DNA of 64,000 bases, filler included, from Basidiobolus ranarum (GCA_040143965.1; 33 parts of 33 records of this genome joined end to end with filler, not necessarily neighbours in it), one strand, 5' to 3'. Positions 26,672 to 38,958 are shown, counted from the first letter of the whole stretch. The notes: generated by a model from the letters alone, not told the origin. Numbers and translations: made by a program.

Positions 26672-27055
26672 CTACTCTTCATCCATTTCTACTTCATTAT
26701 CGTCATCATCAGCATTTTGACCAGGTACTTGTCCCGAACGTAATTGTTTCTCTAAATACGCGATCTCATCCAGTGTAGAGGCATGCTTAATAGCTTCCTG
26801 TTAACATGGGTCAAGTGTTAGTTTTCATTTGGTCAAGTACATAGCAACGATACGCTCAAAACATACTTTAATCTTGGCTTGCTCCTCTGCTGACAATCCC
26901 AAAGCGGGAAGACCGGCCTTGGTATTTGAAGAGATTGAGCCAGGCAACTCCTCACCAGGTTCAAACGTCTTAGATTTCGTCTCCAGAATAGACTTGGCAA
27001 GGGATGTTAATTCACCATTCTTAGATTGGAATAACTTCTTTGCTTCTTGACGTTC
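26672..27055 (-). CDS. U2 snRNP A' (Lea1/SNRPA1), last two exons
   Basis: ERQEAKKLF..SKTFEPGE..KIK / EAIKHASTLDEIAYLEKQLRSGQVPG resembles the U2A' C-terminus. Confidence 0.82.
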
Positions 27056-27299
27056 CTATTAAAGATCACAGATAGATGTGACTTCATATTAATAAAACGC
27101 TTTTAACCTGAGCCCCCCCCCCCCCGGGTTGTTCAAACACAAGGGGGCGGGCGGGTGGGGGGTCGTGGGGGGGCTGGGGGGGGTGTGGGGTGGGGGGTGN
27201 NNNNNNNNNNNNNNNNNNNNNNNNNNNNNNNNNNNNNNNNNNNTTAATTAATTAANNNNNNNNNNNNNNNNNNNNNNNNNNNNNNNNNNNNNNNNNNNN

Positions 27300-27633
27300 G
27301 GTTATACATTTGATTGGGTAAGTTACAGTATAAATTGTTTATTGTTACACATTCAGTAATTTGTAAGTTACAAACTAGGGGATGAATTTACTTTGTCAGT
27401 TACCCAAAATCGTAATTCGGCAATACTAAATCGGGTAACTTGGTACGGGCTGGCATGATATCTCCAAAAAAATCATCGTGTCCAATTGTGGTGGGATAGT
27501 GCCATATTGTTCCTTATAGTGTCCGATCGAGTGTTATAGGACCCAGCCATGGTAATTGACAGATCACGCCAGATGGTGTACTAGCAGGCTGGATCAAGCA
27601 GCACAATCTGACCTGGTCCAATGGAACAAGTCT
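27300..27633. mobile_element. End of the PHIS-like TIR element, abutting Copia RT
   Basis: Matches about 2354-2687; followed by ATT. Confidence 0.75.
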
Positions 27634-29144
27634 ATTATACATTTAATGGATGTTAAAACAGCTTTTTAAATGGTGAGCTTGCTGAGGAGATCCATATGGA
27701 CCAGCCAGATGGATTTGTGGACCCAGAAAACCCTAAAAATATGCAAACTCCAGAAAATACTCTATGGCTTAAAACAAACTTCAAGAGCTTGGAATAGCAA
27801 GATAGACACTTTTTTGTAAACACTCAAATTCCAAAAGAGTAATGCTGACTATAGTATCTACTTCAGGCCAGATAAGACAAACCCAGTTTTATTAGCCTTA
27901 AATGTAGATGACCTATTATAGCATCCAATGACTTGAAGACTTTGGAGAAAACCAAATCCAGCTTATGTGCCAAACTCAAAATGACTGATCTTGGTGAACT
28001 GACATACTATCTTGGAATCCAAATTAAGATAGATAGAACTACCAAAACAATAGCTTTAAACCAGTCTAAGTATATCCTAAATATACTAAAGAAGTTTAAA
28101 ATGCAAGAATGTAATCCAGTATCTACCCCAATGTAGACAAATCTTAACTTGACCAAAATAGCTCATATCAGATGTTCTTGGATTCAAATGAAAGCCAGAA
28201 ATTTCTTTATCAATCTATGGTTGGTAGTTTGATGTATATCATGGTTGAAACATGGCCAGATATTGCATATTCTGTGGGAGTTATGTGCCAGTATCTTCAA
28301 AAATATGGATCTGATCAAATCATAGCAGTTAAGCAGATTTTCAGATATTTGAAAGGTATTGTGAATCTATGCTTAAAATACACATATTCTGGATCAAATT
28401 TTGATCTGATGGGATGTTCAGATGCAAATTGGGGAAGAGATATTGAAGGCAGGAGATCTACAACAGGATACTTATTTCTTTGCTGTAATGGAACTATTTC
28501 TTGGAATTCAAAGAAACAGCCTATCTTAGCACTTTCAACAACAGAAGCTGAATACATGGCTGCCAGTGAAACAAAAAAAGAAGCAATAAGGTTAAGAAGA
28601 CTCTTAACAAATTTGGGTTACTCTCCAAGTTCACCAATTACAATATTTCAAGATAAGTATCAAATTAGCTAAAAATCCCACATTCCATAATAGAAGTAAA
28701 CACATATATATTAAGCATCCCTTCATTAGAGAGACTATAGAGAATAGGTTTATTGACTGAATGTATTGTTCTACAGAAGACATGATTGCTGATATGTTAA
28801 CCAAACCATTAGCTATACAGAAATTTGAGAAATTTAGACCTTTATTAGGATTAGTTTATATGACTATTTAGTTGAGGGAGAGTGTTAAATTAGCATTGCC
28901 TAAGCATCTATATAGTCATAAATAACTTAGTACTTAGTTATCTCATAACTCACTAAGATATTATCAATTATTCTCAATTGGAATTTACTTAGAATTTTTT
29001 TTTACCAAGTAGAAGTTCTCAGATATATAGATATTTCAAACTTGTGCTAGAAGCCCCAAACTTTGCACACATGTTCCTGGGACCTTCCTTAACATATTCT
29101 TCATGTTAGTTTGTTTACATCTTGACAAAACTATAAATGTCAAC
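27634..29144 (+). mobile_element. Copia family-A RT-RNase H relic, polypurine tract and 3' LTR (28883 to contig end)
   Basis: MDVKTAF, LYGLKQ, VDDL, MTDLG, SDANWG and STTEAEY; GAGGGAGAG then TGTT. Confidence 0.95.
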
Positions 29145-29245
29145 NNNNNNNNNNNNNNNNNNNNNNNNNNNNNNNNNNNNNNNNNNNNTTAATTAATTAA
29201 NNNNNNNNNNNNNNNNNNNNNNNNNNNNNNNNNNNNNNNNNNNNA

Positions 29246-29661
29246 TATGCGAAGGCTGCTTTATCAGGAGATTCAAGCCCTGATACTCATAGTGCTATGG
29301 CTGTGCTGGTTGCTGGTGGTCTTGCTGGTATGGCTAATTGGGCTGTTGCTATTGTAAGTAAAAACCCACCGTGAACGGTGTATTGTTTTATCAAACTCAA
29401 ATCATAATCTCAAGGATTAAAGCTAACACTGATTTATTATTTTTTTATTAGCCCCCGGATGTCTTGAAATCTCGTCTTCAAACTGCCCCTGAAGGTACAT
29501 ATAAGGGCGTCATGGATGTCTTCACCCATCTTATCCGCACAGAAGGGCCTAGTGCTTTGTTCCGAGGTCTCGGGCCCGCTATGTTACGCGCATTCCCCGC
29601 AAACGCTGCCTGCTTCCTCGGCGTGGAAGCATCTCTTAAATTAATGAATGAAGCTTGGTAG
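29246..29661 (+). CDS. CRC1: Mitochondrial carnitine/acylcarnitine carrier, last two exons
   Basis: [14 protein letters not shown] / [31 protein letters not shown]; intron GTAAGT..TTAG. Confidence 0.9.
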
Positions 29662-30920
29662 ACTGCTTACTTCACGTAACAGAGACTACATCATACTACA
29701 CTCTACTACGCATCTGCTCTTTCCTCCTTTGCATCTATTCACTGCTACACATTCTCTCATCATTTGCAAGTCATTTGTTAGTAACATCAAAAGTACATCA
29801 TTTCTTTATAAATAGCTCAACATAGAGTATAATCAAAGTTAATTTTGAGCAGTTCTCCATTACTGCATCTCCAAACATTACAAAATTTGAAAAAATCAAC
29901 GTTTCATATGGATTCCATTTTTGGTATAAATGACTCGCCTCAAAAAGTTGTGGCTTTGAGATAAGGATTATCATACTATAACTCTATTGCATCGTTGATG
30001 ACGTCAAAATTGAGTGATAAGAGATTCTTGGCAATAACCGTAAGATCATCATCTTGATTTATTGATACTGGATGTAAAATATTTGTTGAAGAATGGATTG
30101 CTTCCAACCGAATGCACTAAGCTCAGGAAACCTCGGTAGACTTGCGGAGTGATGTATTGGTAGCGAGTAAGGTGGGATCGGATATGTATGTTATAATTTC
30201 AAGAGTTAAGGTTCAAATTCTATCTAGAAGAGTTCATCCCGTCAAACCTACGAGGTGGCACAAATTTAAGGCTTAAATCAACATGGGCATATTCTACTTT
30301 CATTTCCAGATACAACCTTTCCATTTAGTACGCGAACGATGTAGTAACCATGCACAACTGACGATAGGTATAAACCTTCAAACACTTGCATTTTTCAAAG
30401 CTATCCCATTTGATGGATAGTTTTGCTAAAATAATACACATAATGTCAGTTAGGATGAAGAGATAATGGCTTTCTAAAGTCCTCATGGGTATTTCTGATA
30501 TACCACACTTGCTGATGCTGCTGCTGTGGATGATTCATAGCACTCCCAGAAGGGTCGTCAGAGAATATTTAATACTTCACATCTCTTAGTGCACTCAAAT
30601 ATTGCATTGCTCTAACATAGGTGTCGTATATAGCCTTACATGAAAATTGACATCTCTAAAGAAGTGATGATGTGACTGGTATTTACAGTTTGAATACCTC
30701 ACTGTAATACTGTTCATTAAACTAGAGATTGATACAACATCAGTCACATCTATTGATTAACAAATGTGAGCATTACATGATAGAGTTGTTGACTAAATGT
30801 ATCTCCAGGCTGATAAAGTAAATGTGTCCAAGAAAGAATGAATAGTCGTAAAATGGACTTTTCACAGGTGGTATCGATTGAGTATTTGAATCCACTATCT
30901 ATATGATCTGATCAAAGAAT

Positions 30921-31088
30921 GGACTTGTTCCATTGTGCAAGGATTTATTAGACCCTGGCTCAATATATTAGAGTAATTGTGATTGAAATTGATCATGCCA
31001 GAGAGTGCTGGATTGTGCCAAATTGTGCCGCATAAATTTTAGAATACTTTATCCAATATGATATATACAGCACAATCTGGCACTATCA
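30921..31088. mobile_element. MITE copy, cut by contig end
   Basis: Reverse match to 49893-50074; preceded by AAT. Confidence 0.85.
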
Positions 31089-31188
31089 NNNNNNNNNNNN
31101 NNNNNNNNNNNNNNNNNNNNNNNNNNNNNNNNTTAATTAATTAANNNNNNNNNNNNNNNNNNNNNNNNNNNNNNNNNNNNNNNNNNNN

Positions 31189-32894
31189 TTGTAGTAACAA
31201 AACAAATTGACTAGCTGCTTTCTGGTAGGTATTGGAGTATATAAGCCACAGAATTTCTCAAATATAGCTTCTAGGGTGGTGATAGGAAAGCCAGTAGTTG
31301 CTTTTGGATTAATGAGGAATGACCATTTAGAGTAGATAGAGAGCATGATATTAATCTTGTATTGAGCTGGCATGATACTGATCTATCTAGCATGTGCAAG
31401 TTGTTTATCTAAGATTTTCAATTATCATGGTAAAATTTCCTACATTCTGCATAGTAAAATTTCTGTTTGTATTTATTTTCCTAATTATTTCAATTATGTG
31501 TTATTCCATGGAAATTATATAATAAACTGCATCAGCAAATTTAATCATAGTTTGATCCAAATCAATCTATTTAGCATACATATCAAAATGGCTCAAAGTG
31601 GAATGCATTATGCTTGATCACACTTTAGGAAACTAACTTTGACATTTTAACCAATAATATAAAAAGATCCTTAATTTTGATTGCAACCAATAAATTCTGA
31701 CATCATAGATATATATGGTAGTATCATGTCAAAACAGATCCTTCCTGATTCACAACCTACTTTGGTACAGGAAACCACCACTTCCAAAATTTTATGTGTG
31801 CAGTCAAATGAAGGTGTGAGTGGCACAAAGCAGCACACACCTAATGATTTTACAGATGCCCAGGTACCCACTATGAATTCTTGCTTGGATATATGGAAGT
31901 TATTGATAAACTTGACAGAAGCTGGTGAAGAGGGCATTAGACAAAAGTGGAAGCAACTTTTGACTCTGCTTTGGAGAGAATACTATATCTTCACGCCTTC
32001 AGAAGTCTGCAAGAAAATATACAATAAGACTCATGAGGATAGAAAGCATGAATTGAGAAATAGAAATTTCAATTTTGAGTCTGCAAAGACACAATTCCAA
32101 TTGTGTTTTTGCTTGTATGGACCGGAAGCAACCATTGCAGCCTCAACTTTAGAAACAAAATCATCACCTAGTAGTACACATTGACAGCAATGCCTGCTTG
32201 GAAGAGTCTGTGATGTTTCACCTGTTTTTGATGAAGAGCAAGCAGTTGATGAGAGCCAGAAAGAGGATGGTGCACATTCTCACGCATTGTAGCATGTGAT
32301 TTACCTTATTCAACTAGACCAACCAGTGAGCTTTTTACATCTGGAGAAGAGTCAGCTCCAAGGAGCATGCCACCAGAAAGACATACCGGTTTAACGCGTA
32401 CAACCGTGCAACAGCAACAAAGGCCAACCACAAGAATTATTGAACCTTCCACTTTGTTGGATGAAGATCTGACATCTGAGAGCAATCTACTAAGACAGCA
32501 ATCCATTACAATGTGTACCCTCACAAGACTAAGACAACAGGTGTTTGAGAGAGATAGTGAAGCTCTTACTGAGCTTGAAGAAGCCATAACAGTCAAACAC
32601 AAACCTCAAGGTAGACAATATGCTCCAATGCATTCCACCATGCAACAGAGGTCATGGTGGCCAGTCAAAAGAGATGAAGCCTCTACCATGGTTGAAGAGG
32701 CAAGAACTGCCAAACACAAACCTCAAGGTATATGACTTGCTCCAACACATACTGGAATGCAACCATGGCAATGGCCATTAAAAAGAGATGAAGCTTGCAC
32801 TGTGGTCAAAGAAGCAATAACCACCAAACACAAACCATGAGGTAGACAACTAGCTCCAATATGTATTCTCACAATTCTTGGTTATGAAAGCTGG
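31189..32894. mobile_element. Unclassified CpG-depleted element with two divergent ORF relics
   Basis: Minus ORF starting at 31373; plus ORFs 31681-32184 and 32367-32735 with in-frame tandem repeats. Confidence 0.45.
32551..32861 (+). repeat. About 2.7 in-frame tandem repeats of 114-117 bp
   Basis: CAAACACAAACC at 32594, 32711 and 32825; peptide EA...EEA.T.KHKPQG..AP. Confidence 0.85.
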
Positions 32895-33031
32895 CCATAA
32901 CAGAAATGTGAGGATTGTTTTCATAGGAAAACCGTCACAATTTTAATCCATTTGGGATTGACCGTTTACTTACCATCATAAAATCGTCAAGTTAGATTTG
33001 ATTTTAATCAATTTTTTCAGTTTCAGGAGTG
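32895..33031 (+). mobile_element. CACTA left arm
   Basis: CCATAACAGAAAT variant of the TIR plus the shared arm sequence. Confidence 0.82.
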
Positions 33032-33131
33032 NNNNNNNNNNNNNNNNNNNNNNNNNNNNNNNNNNNNNNNNNNNNTTAATTAATTAANNNNNNNNNNNNN
33101 NNNNNNNNNNNNNNNNNNNNNNNNNNNNNNN

Positions 33132-34974
33132 TTTTGGGCATTAGACACTCAGGTTTTATTGATTTGAATAAACTCCTATGTATAGTTTGCTATGAAATAG
33201 AACGAGTTGATGTGCTTAGAGCATGACAAACATGCCTGTTAAGCATGGGTGAAAACTTCAGGTGATTTGGCGAGGTTTTGAGAAAATAATGAAAATTGGT
33301 AAAGGTGATTTAATTTGTATATCTATCAATTAGAGTAATAAACAAACATTTTTCAATGGCAGAATAGAGTGCTAAGTGCTCAGATTACAAGTCAACTAAC
33401 TATTAAATAATGAGTTGCTATTTGTATATTTACAACATTTCCACTCAACTTATCATTTTGTACTTCTGTTAAACCTGACTTATATCTCAATAATTCAAAT
33501 TGTTCTTAAGTAAAGGTTTAGTTATGATGTCAGCAATCATTTCTTCAGTAGGGCAACAGGCAAGTTCAACTATATCATTCTCTATTACTTCTCTAACAAA
33601 ATGATGCCTAATATACATACATTTTGTTTAAGCATGAAATGTGGGGTTTTTAGCTAATGAAATACAACTTTGATTATCTTCAGATTCATTAATAGCATAT
33701 TATTGCATGTATCCTAAGACTGTAAGCAACTTCCTTAACCACATAGCTACATGTGTAGTAGCTGCAACAGCCATATACTCTGCTTCAGTAATGGAAAGTG
33801 CTATGGTTGGTTACTTCTGACTATTCCAAGTTATGGCTCCATTACCATGGAGAAAAGTGTACTCAGCTGTTGATCTTCTATCATCAAGGTTTCTTCACCA
33901 ATCTGCATCACTATAGCCTTCAAAGTTCTGTGCATCAGGAGTGCCAGAGTATTCTAGAATGAGATCTAATGTTCCTGTTAAATACCAGAATACTTGTTTT
34001 ACTGCTGTTTTGTGCTCAAATGCTGGATTTTTTAGATATGGGCTGACAGTTCCCACTGCCACAGTAATGTCTGAACATGTTCCAAAAATTGTGTACATTA
34101 AACTACCCACAATGGATTGCTAAGGGAGCTCCTGGCTTATATTTGAGTCTTTTTGGGCCAAATTGGATGAAATTATGATTAATTTCACATTGGACCCATT
34201 GATGTTGCCACAGGCTTGCTATTCTCAATGTTGAAGTATTTTAGGGTGTCTAGGAAGTATCTGGACTGAGTCAGCAGGATTCTCTGATGAGGTGTATATC
34301 TTTTGATTTGGATTCCAACAAAATAATTAAATGAACCCATATCAGTCATCTGAAATTTTTTTGATAAGCCTCTTTTTGTGTGATAGAGTGTTTAAAGTCA
34401 TCCACATATAGTGCCAAGATAAGGATCCTGTTTCTGGTTTTTTTGATGTAAATACTGTAGTCTGCTATGCATTTTTGGAATTCTAGTGTTTCTTGATAGG
34501 TATATATCTTATGGCACAATTACCTGGGTACTTTCTTGAGTCCATAGAGCAATTGTTGCAATTTACAGATCATATCAGGGTGTTATAGATCAACATATCC
34601 ATCTGGATGCTCCATATAGATCATTTCTAGTAGATTTTCATTGAGAAAAGCCATTTTGATGACCATTTGATGTAAATCAAGGTTGTGGATGGCTGAGAGT
34701 GCCAGGATTGATCAAGTGAACTCAACTTAGCTACTGCAGTAATATTTTCATTAACAGCAATTCCTGAGTCTGGAATAACCTTTTGCAACTAATCTTGCTT
34801 TGTACCATTTACGGTTCCATCAGCTTTGTTTTATGAGTATGTAGACCTATTTGCAGCATAAAGGCTTTCTCCCGGGTAGTAGAGGACTTAAATCTCACAT
34901 TTAACTGTGCTGAAGTGAAGAAAACTCATCAGACATTGTTATTTCCCATAAATTTAAGTTTGGACACTCTGCAT
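33132..34974 (-). mobile_element. Copia family-E RT/RNase H relic and 3' LTR (33132-33437)
   Basis: [20 protein letters not shown] and EAEY motifs; polypurine tract next to the LTR. Confidence 0.92.
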
Positions 34975-35140
34975 NNNNNNNNNNNNNNNNNNNNNNNNNN
35001 NNNNNNNNNNNNNNNNNNTTAATTAATTAANNNNNNNNNNNNNNNNNNNNNNNNNNNNNNNNNNNNNNNNNNNNGATACAAGCAGTAATTCCCAAAGAGG
35101 AAAATATGGAGTATGGTGACTGTATCTGAACATAAAGTCT

Positions 35141-35334
35141 AAGGCCAATCAGTTGCTTGTATAGCTGAAATGCCAAAGTACCATAGATTGACAGACTAGG
35201 TTAAGGTTCCCTAGCAATATAGGCATAGCATAAAAGGACTGGTAGCTCAGTGGTTAGAGCACCTTGCTAGAGTGAAGGAGGTCCCAGGTTCAAATCCTGG
35301 CCAGACCAATATTCCTCCCTAAATAATTTCAATA
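35141..35334 (+). mobile_element. tRNA-containing repeat, copy 3
   Basis: Three dispersed copies with conserved flanks, each in a different transposon context. Confidence 0.87.
35236..35308 (+). tRNA. tRNA-like pseudogene (73 nt, AGA at the anticodon position, short variable loop)
   Basis: GGACTGG-TA-GCTC-AGTGGTTA-GAGC-A-CCTTG-CTAGAGT-GAAGG-AGGTC-CCAGG-TTCAAAT-CCTGG-CCAGACC-A; A and B boxes intact; A3:A70 and G31:G39 mismatches. Confidence 0.8.
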
Positions 35335-36231
35335 AATGGCACATCTGGATATAACTCATCTTCCAAAATCAACAGCAGGCTACAAGTACATTGTAGACTG
35401 CAGAGATAACTTCTCTAGATGGGTCAAAGCAAGAATGTTAAGAAAAACTACAGCTTAAAATGTTGCTTTATTTCTGGAGCAAGATATATTCCTTTGCAAT
35501 GGCAATATTCACAACATTGTCACTGACAATGGAGAATGTGGATGTCAAGAAGTCATTTATATAGCTAGAAAGTATGGTGTGAAACTTATCCATACTTGTC
35601 CATATCATCCTCAAGGAAATGCACCAGTTGAAAGTGGACATGGAGCTTTAATAGAAACACTTGCAAAAAGTGCTATATTTGAACTACAAAAATGGCCAAA
35701 CTATTTCTTTGCTGCAATATGGGCAGACAGAATTACTACCAAGAGAAGTACTGGTTATTCTCCATTCTATCTCATATATGGGTATGAAGCAATACTACCA
35801 ATTGATATTAAGCAAGAAAATTTGCTTAAATTTCAATGGAAAAGAAACATGACAACAGAAGAATTATTTGAAACTAGAATTGAACAAATTCTTTAACTGC
35901 ACAAATGCCTCAAAGTTGCAGCACATAACCTAAAGGTTAGTAGAAGTCAAGCAAAAGAATAAGCAGACAAAGAGAGAACACTAAGAAAAGAAAAACTTAG
36001 AGTTGGTGATCTAGTTTTATTACATAGTACAAAATTAGATACACAATGGTCACAAAAGCTCAATATGAAATGGACAGGTCCATTCTGTATTCAAAAGGTT
36101 TACAACAATGGAGCTTACTCCATTTCAGAACTTGGCAACACACCATTAGCTAATACTTAACATGGTAGCCATCTAAAATTATTCCATCCAAGAATATAAT
36201 GAGGGCATTGTATATCAACTCAGGGGAGACT
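35335..36231 (+). pseudogene. Ty3/Gypsy integrase relic with GPY/F module and polypurine tract
   Basis: DNFSRW, IVTDNG, YHPQGNAPVE, TGYSPFYLIYG and KWTGPF; AGGGGAGA before the LTR. Confidence 0.92.
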
Positions 36232-36916
36232 TGTAGTGTTGGAAATATTCCAATCATATCTTGTACATAATAATCAGGAAGAATAATATCTGTTGCTATC
36301 TTATAATATTTTACATATCAAGAAAAAGAACAGAATATGCAATCACTCATAGTCACATCAATACTTGACTTGTTACAGTAATTTAAGCTGCAATCAAACA
36401 CTCCTGAATTAGATCTTTACAACCATGCAAGAATCATAAGATTTGATCAAATATTAGTGGAGCTACTACCATTTCAAAATTGCCAACACAAAAATCAACA
36501 CTAGCATATATTCAGAACAAAGGAATTCAGGACCTCAAGATGCTCACAAAATTAGTGCTAACTTTTGAACCAGTCAATGGAATCTCTTGAAACTTTGCAC
36601 AGAGCTGTGACACTACTTAATGCTGATGTGTTCAAAGTTTCAAGGGCGCAGCTGTTTATTAGTGATTTTATTGGCACTTTGATGCTAAGCCACCCACTCT
36701 TGGCATTTATTCTCAGCCACCAATTCAAAGCATTTATTCGAAGCTGTGTCTTTATATAAGCAACCCTCCCCACTATTGAAAAAGCTTCTAGCCTTAGCAC
36801 CATCCAAAACTGCACCATATTCTTTATCCTTTCCTTAACTAGATATTCTACCATGTATCATAGTAAGATAATAAAGATTCCTATTGCAACTCAATTAGGC
36901 TTGACTATTGAAGATT
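36232..36916 (+). mobile_element. Gypsy family-C 3' LTR (5' part)
   Basis: Starts TGTAGTGT after the polypurine tract; 36385-36916 matches reverse 41677-42210. Confidence 0.8.
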
Positions 36917-37016
36917 NNNNNNNNNNNNNNNNNNNNNNNNNNNNNNNNNNNNNNNNNNNNTTAATTAATTAANNNNNNNNNNNNNNNNNNNNNNNNNNNN
37001 NNNNNNNNNNNNNNNN

Positions 37017-37592
37017 AGTTGGGGATATATTGGCTGAATTCTTTACGGAAATTTGCCAAAATCCAAGAGCTTATTCTCATTGTGAATGGTAACAAGAGTC
37101 AGCTATTTGCCAAGTGTCAGTGCTATTTAAAATTTCAGATGTTTAGCAATTTTTCCACCATTAGTTTGCTGGTAAAGCATATTGATGTTGTTGAGTTATG
37201 TCTAATCAGTCAAATATGTGCATATGTAGAGACTAAACACAACAAGATTCTTGTATTTTTTGATTCTCATTATGGCTGGAATACAAAGCCTAAGATATAA
37301 AAATAAAGGCATGCATATTAATTTGAATTCCTACAGCAGTAAACCCAGTAATTTGCCATTTGAAAATTATATTTTTGCAAAAATGGCTGGATATTGAATA
37401 ACGCATGTCAAATTTGAGGATCAATCTTTTAACATGTATAAATACCATTAAGATACCATCAAGAAACCACCATCACACCATCAAAATCTCTGGCAGAATG
37501 CAAGCCAACAATATTGTGATGGTTCTCTGATGGTTTTGCTATTTTGGAGGGTGAATCTGATCCAGATCAAATCAATTTTATTTTTGCTAGGG
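37017..37592 (+). mobile_element. CACTA right arm and TIR
   Basis: Matches 24203-24775; ends TTTTTGCTAGGG. Confidence 0.87.
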
Positions 37593-38858
37593 TATTTAGA
37601 TCTGTTGTCTTCCATATTGCTTCTCCAATTTGCATCTGAATATCCCATCAGATCAAAGTTTGATCAAAAATATGTGTATTTTAAGCATAGATCCATGGTA
37701 TCTTTGAAATATCTCAAAATCTACTTAACTGCTACAATTAGATCAGATCTATACATTTGAAGACATTGACACATTCCAAGCTCTTGGAGATTGTTTTAAG
37801 CCATAGAGTGTTTTCCAGAGTCTGCAAACTTTTTTAGGGCTTTCTGAGCTCACAAACCTATCTGGCTGGTCCATATAGATCTCCTCAGCAAGCTCATCAT
37901 TCAAAAAGGCAGTTCTAACACCCATTCAATGTATAATACACTGATATTTAGCTGAAGTTGCTAAAATCAATCTAATTGAATTAAACTTTGCTACAGGAGC
38001 AAACGATTCTGTATAATCTATTCCTGGTGTTTGGGAATAGCTTTTGGCTACTAGTCTAGCCTTGTATCTTTCTATATTGCCTTTTTGGATCTAATTTAGT
38101 CCCATTTTTGGTCATAAATTTGACAAAAGCAATGCATCCAAAGATCCTCAATTGTTTTACATCAGGTTTAATTCCAAACCAAGCTTGATATGGTTTAAAG
38201 TTAGACCAACTTCTAGTAAAACTCCTATTATTCAGATATACAGCTGTAGCAACAAATTCTGCCCATAAGTTATGAGATACATTTTGTGCATGTGTCATAT
38301 ATCTTGCTATTTCTATTATAGTCCTGTTAGCTCTTTCAGCAACTCCATTTTGTTGAGGTGAATAGGGGGCAGTAGTTTCTTGCTTAATTCCATGAACTTT
38401 GCAAAAGTGCTTAAATAGTGTTGAAGTATATTCTCCACCATTATCAGTACATATTTTCTTGATTTTAGTTCCAGTTTCAGTCTCCACAAGTGTTTTAAAA
38501 TCTCTAAAGATAGAGAGAGCTTCTTCTTTTCTTTCCATAAAGTAGACCCAAGTGTATCTTGTATAATCATCAATAAATGTGATTAAATATCTTTTTCCGC
38601 CTAAAGATAAATTTTGCATAGGTCCACACAAATCTGAATGAATTAGATCCAATTTTTTGACAGATTTGATTAAACCAGAGCTCTTGAACGGTTGCCTGGC
38701 TTGTTTTCCATATATACAACCCTCACAAATTTCCATTTTGGTTGGGGGGTTAATTTGAATTCCAGAAATTAGGCAATTTTTGATCATTTTGCTCAAATAA
38801 TCAAATCCAATATGGCCAAATCTCTTATGCCATAATTGAATAGTTTCTTGATTGGAAT
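37593..38858 (-). pseudogene. Copia integrase (ORF 38056-38796) fused by deletions to RT fragments
   Basis: CEGCIYGKQ, HSDLCGP, FIDDYTRY, TDNGGEY and PQQNGVAERANRT. Confidence 0.95.
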
Positions 38859-38958
38859 NNNNNNNNNNNNNNNNNNNNNNNNNNNNNNNNNNNNNNNNNN
38901 NNTTAATTAATTAANNNNNNNNNNNNNNNNNNNNNNNNNNNNNNNNNNNNNNNNNNNN

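Noticed and set aside
26223-27050. ORFs 26223-26471, 26361-26720, 26428-26682 and 26829-27050
   Set aside because: Shadow or intergenic frames overlapping the TCP1 and U2A' genes
27113-27199. Poly-C and G-rich tract, a possible G-quadruplex
   Set aside because: Abrupt low-complexity sequence at a contig end inside an intron, typical of sequencing error
32551-32861. CRISPR-like periodicity
   Set aside because: Whole units are degenerate coding repeats with no unique spacers; eukaryotic context and no cas genes
35143-35235. 5S rRNA or hammerhead origin of the tRNA-element leader
   Set aside because: Only scattered short matches to 5S with wrong spacing; no CUGANGA/GAAA core on either strand
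35262-35278. Reading the tRNA-like loop as a CTA amber suppressor
   Set aside because: Canonical numbering puts C32-U33-AGA-G37; CTA is off-centre, and the stem mismatches argue against a functional tRNA
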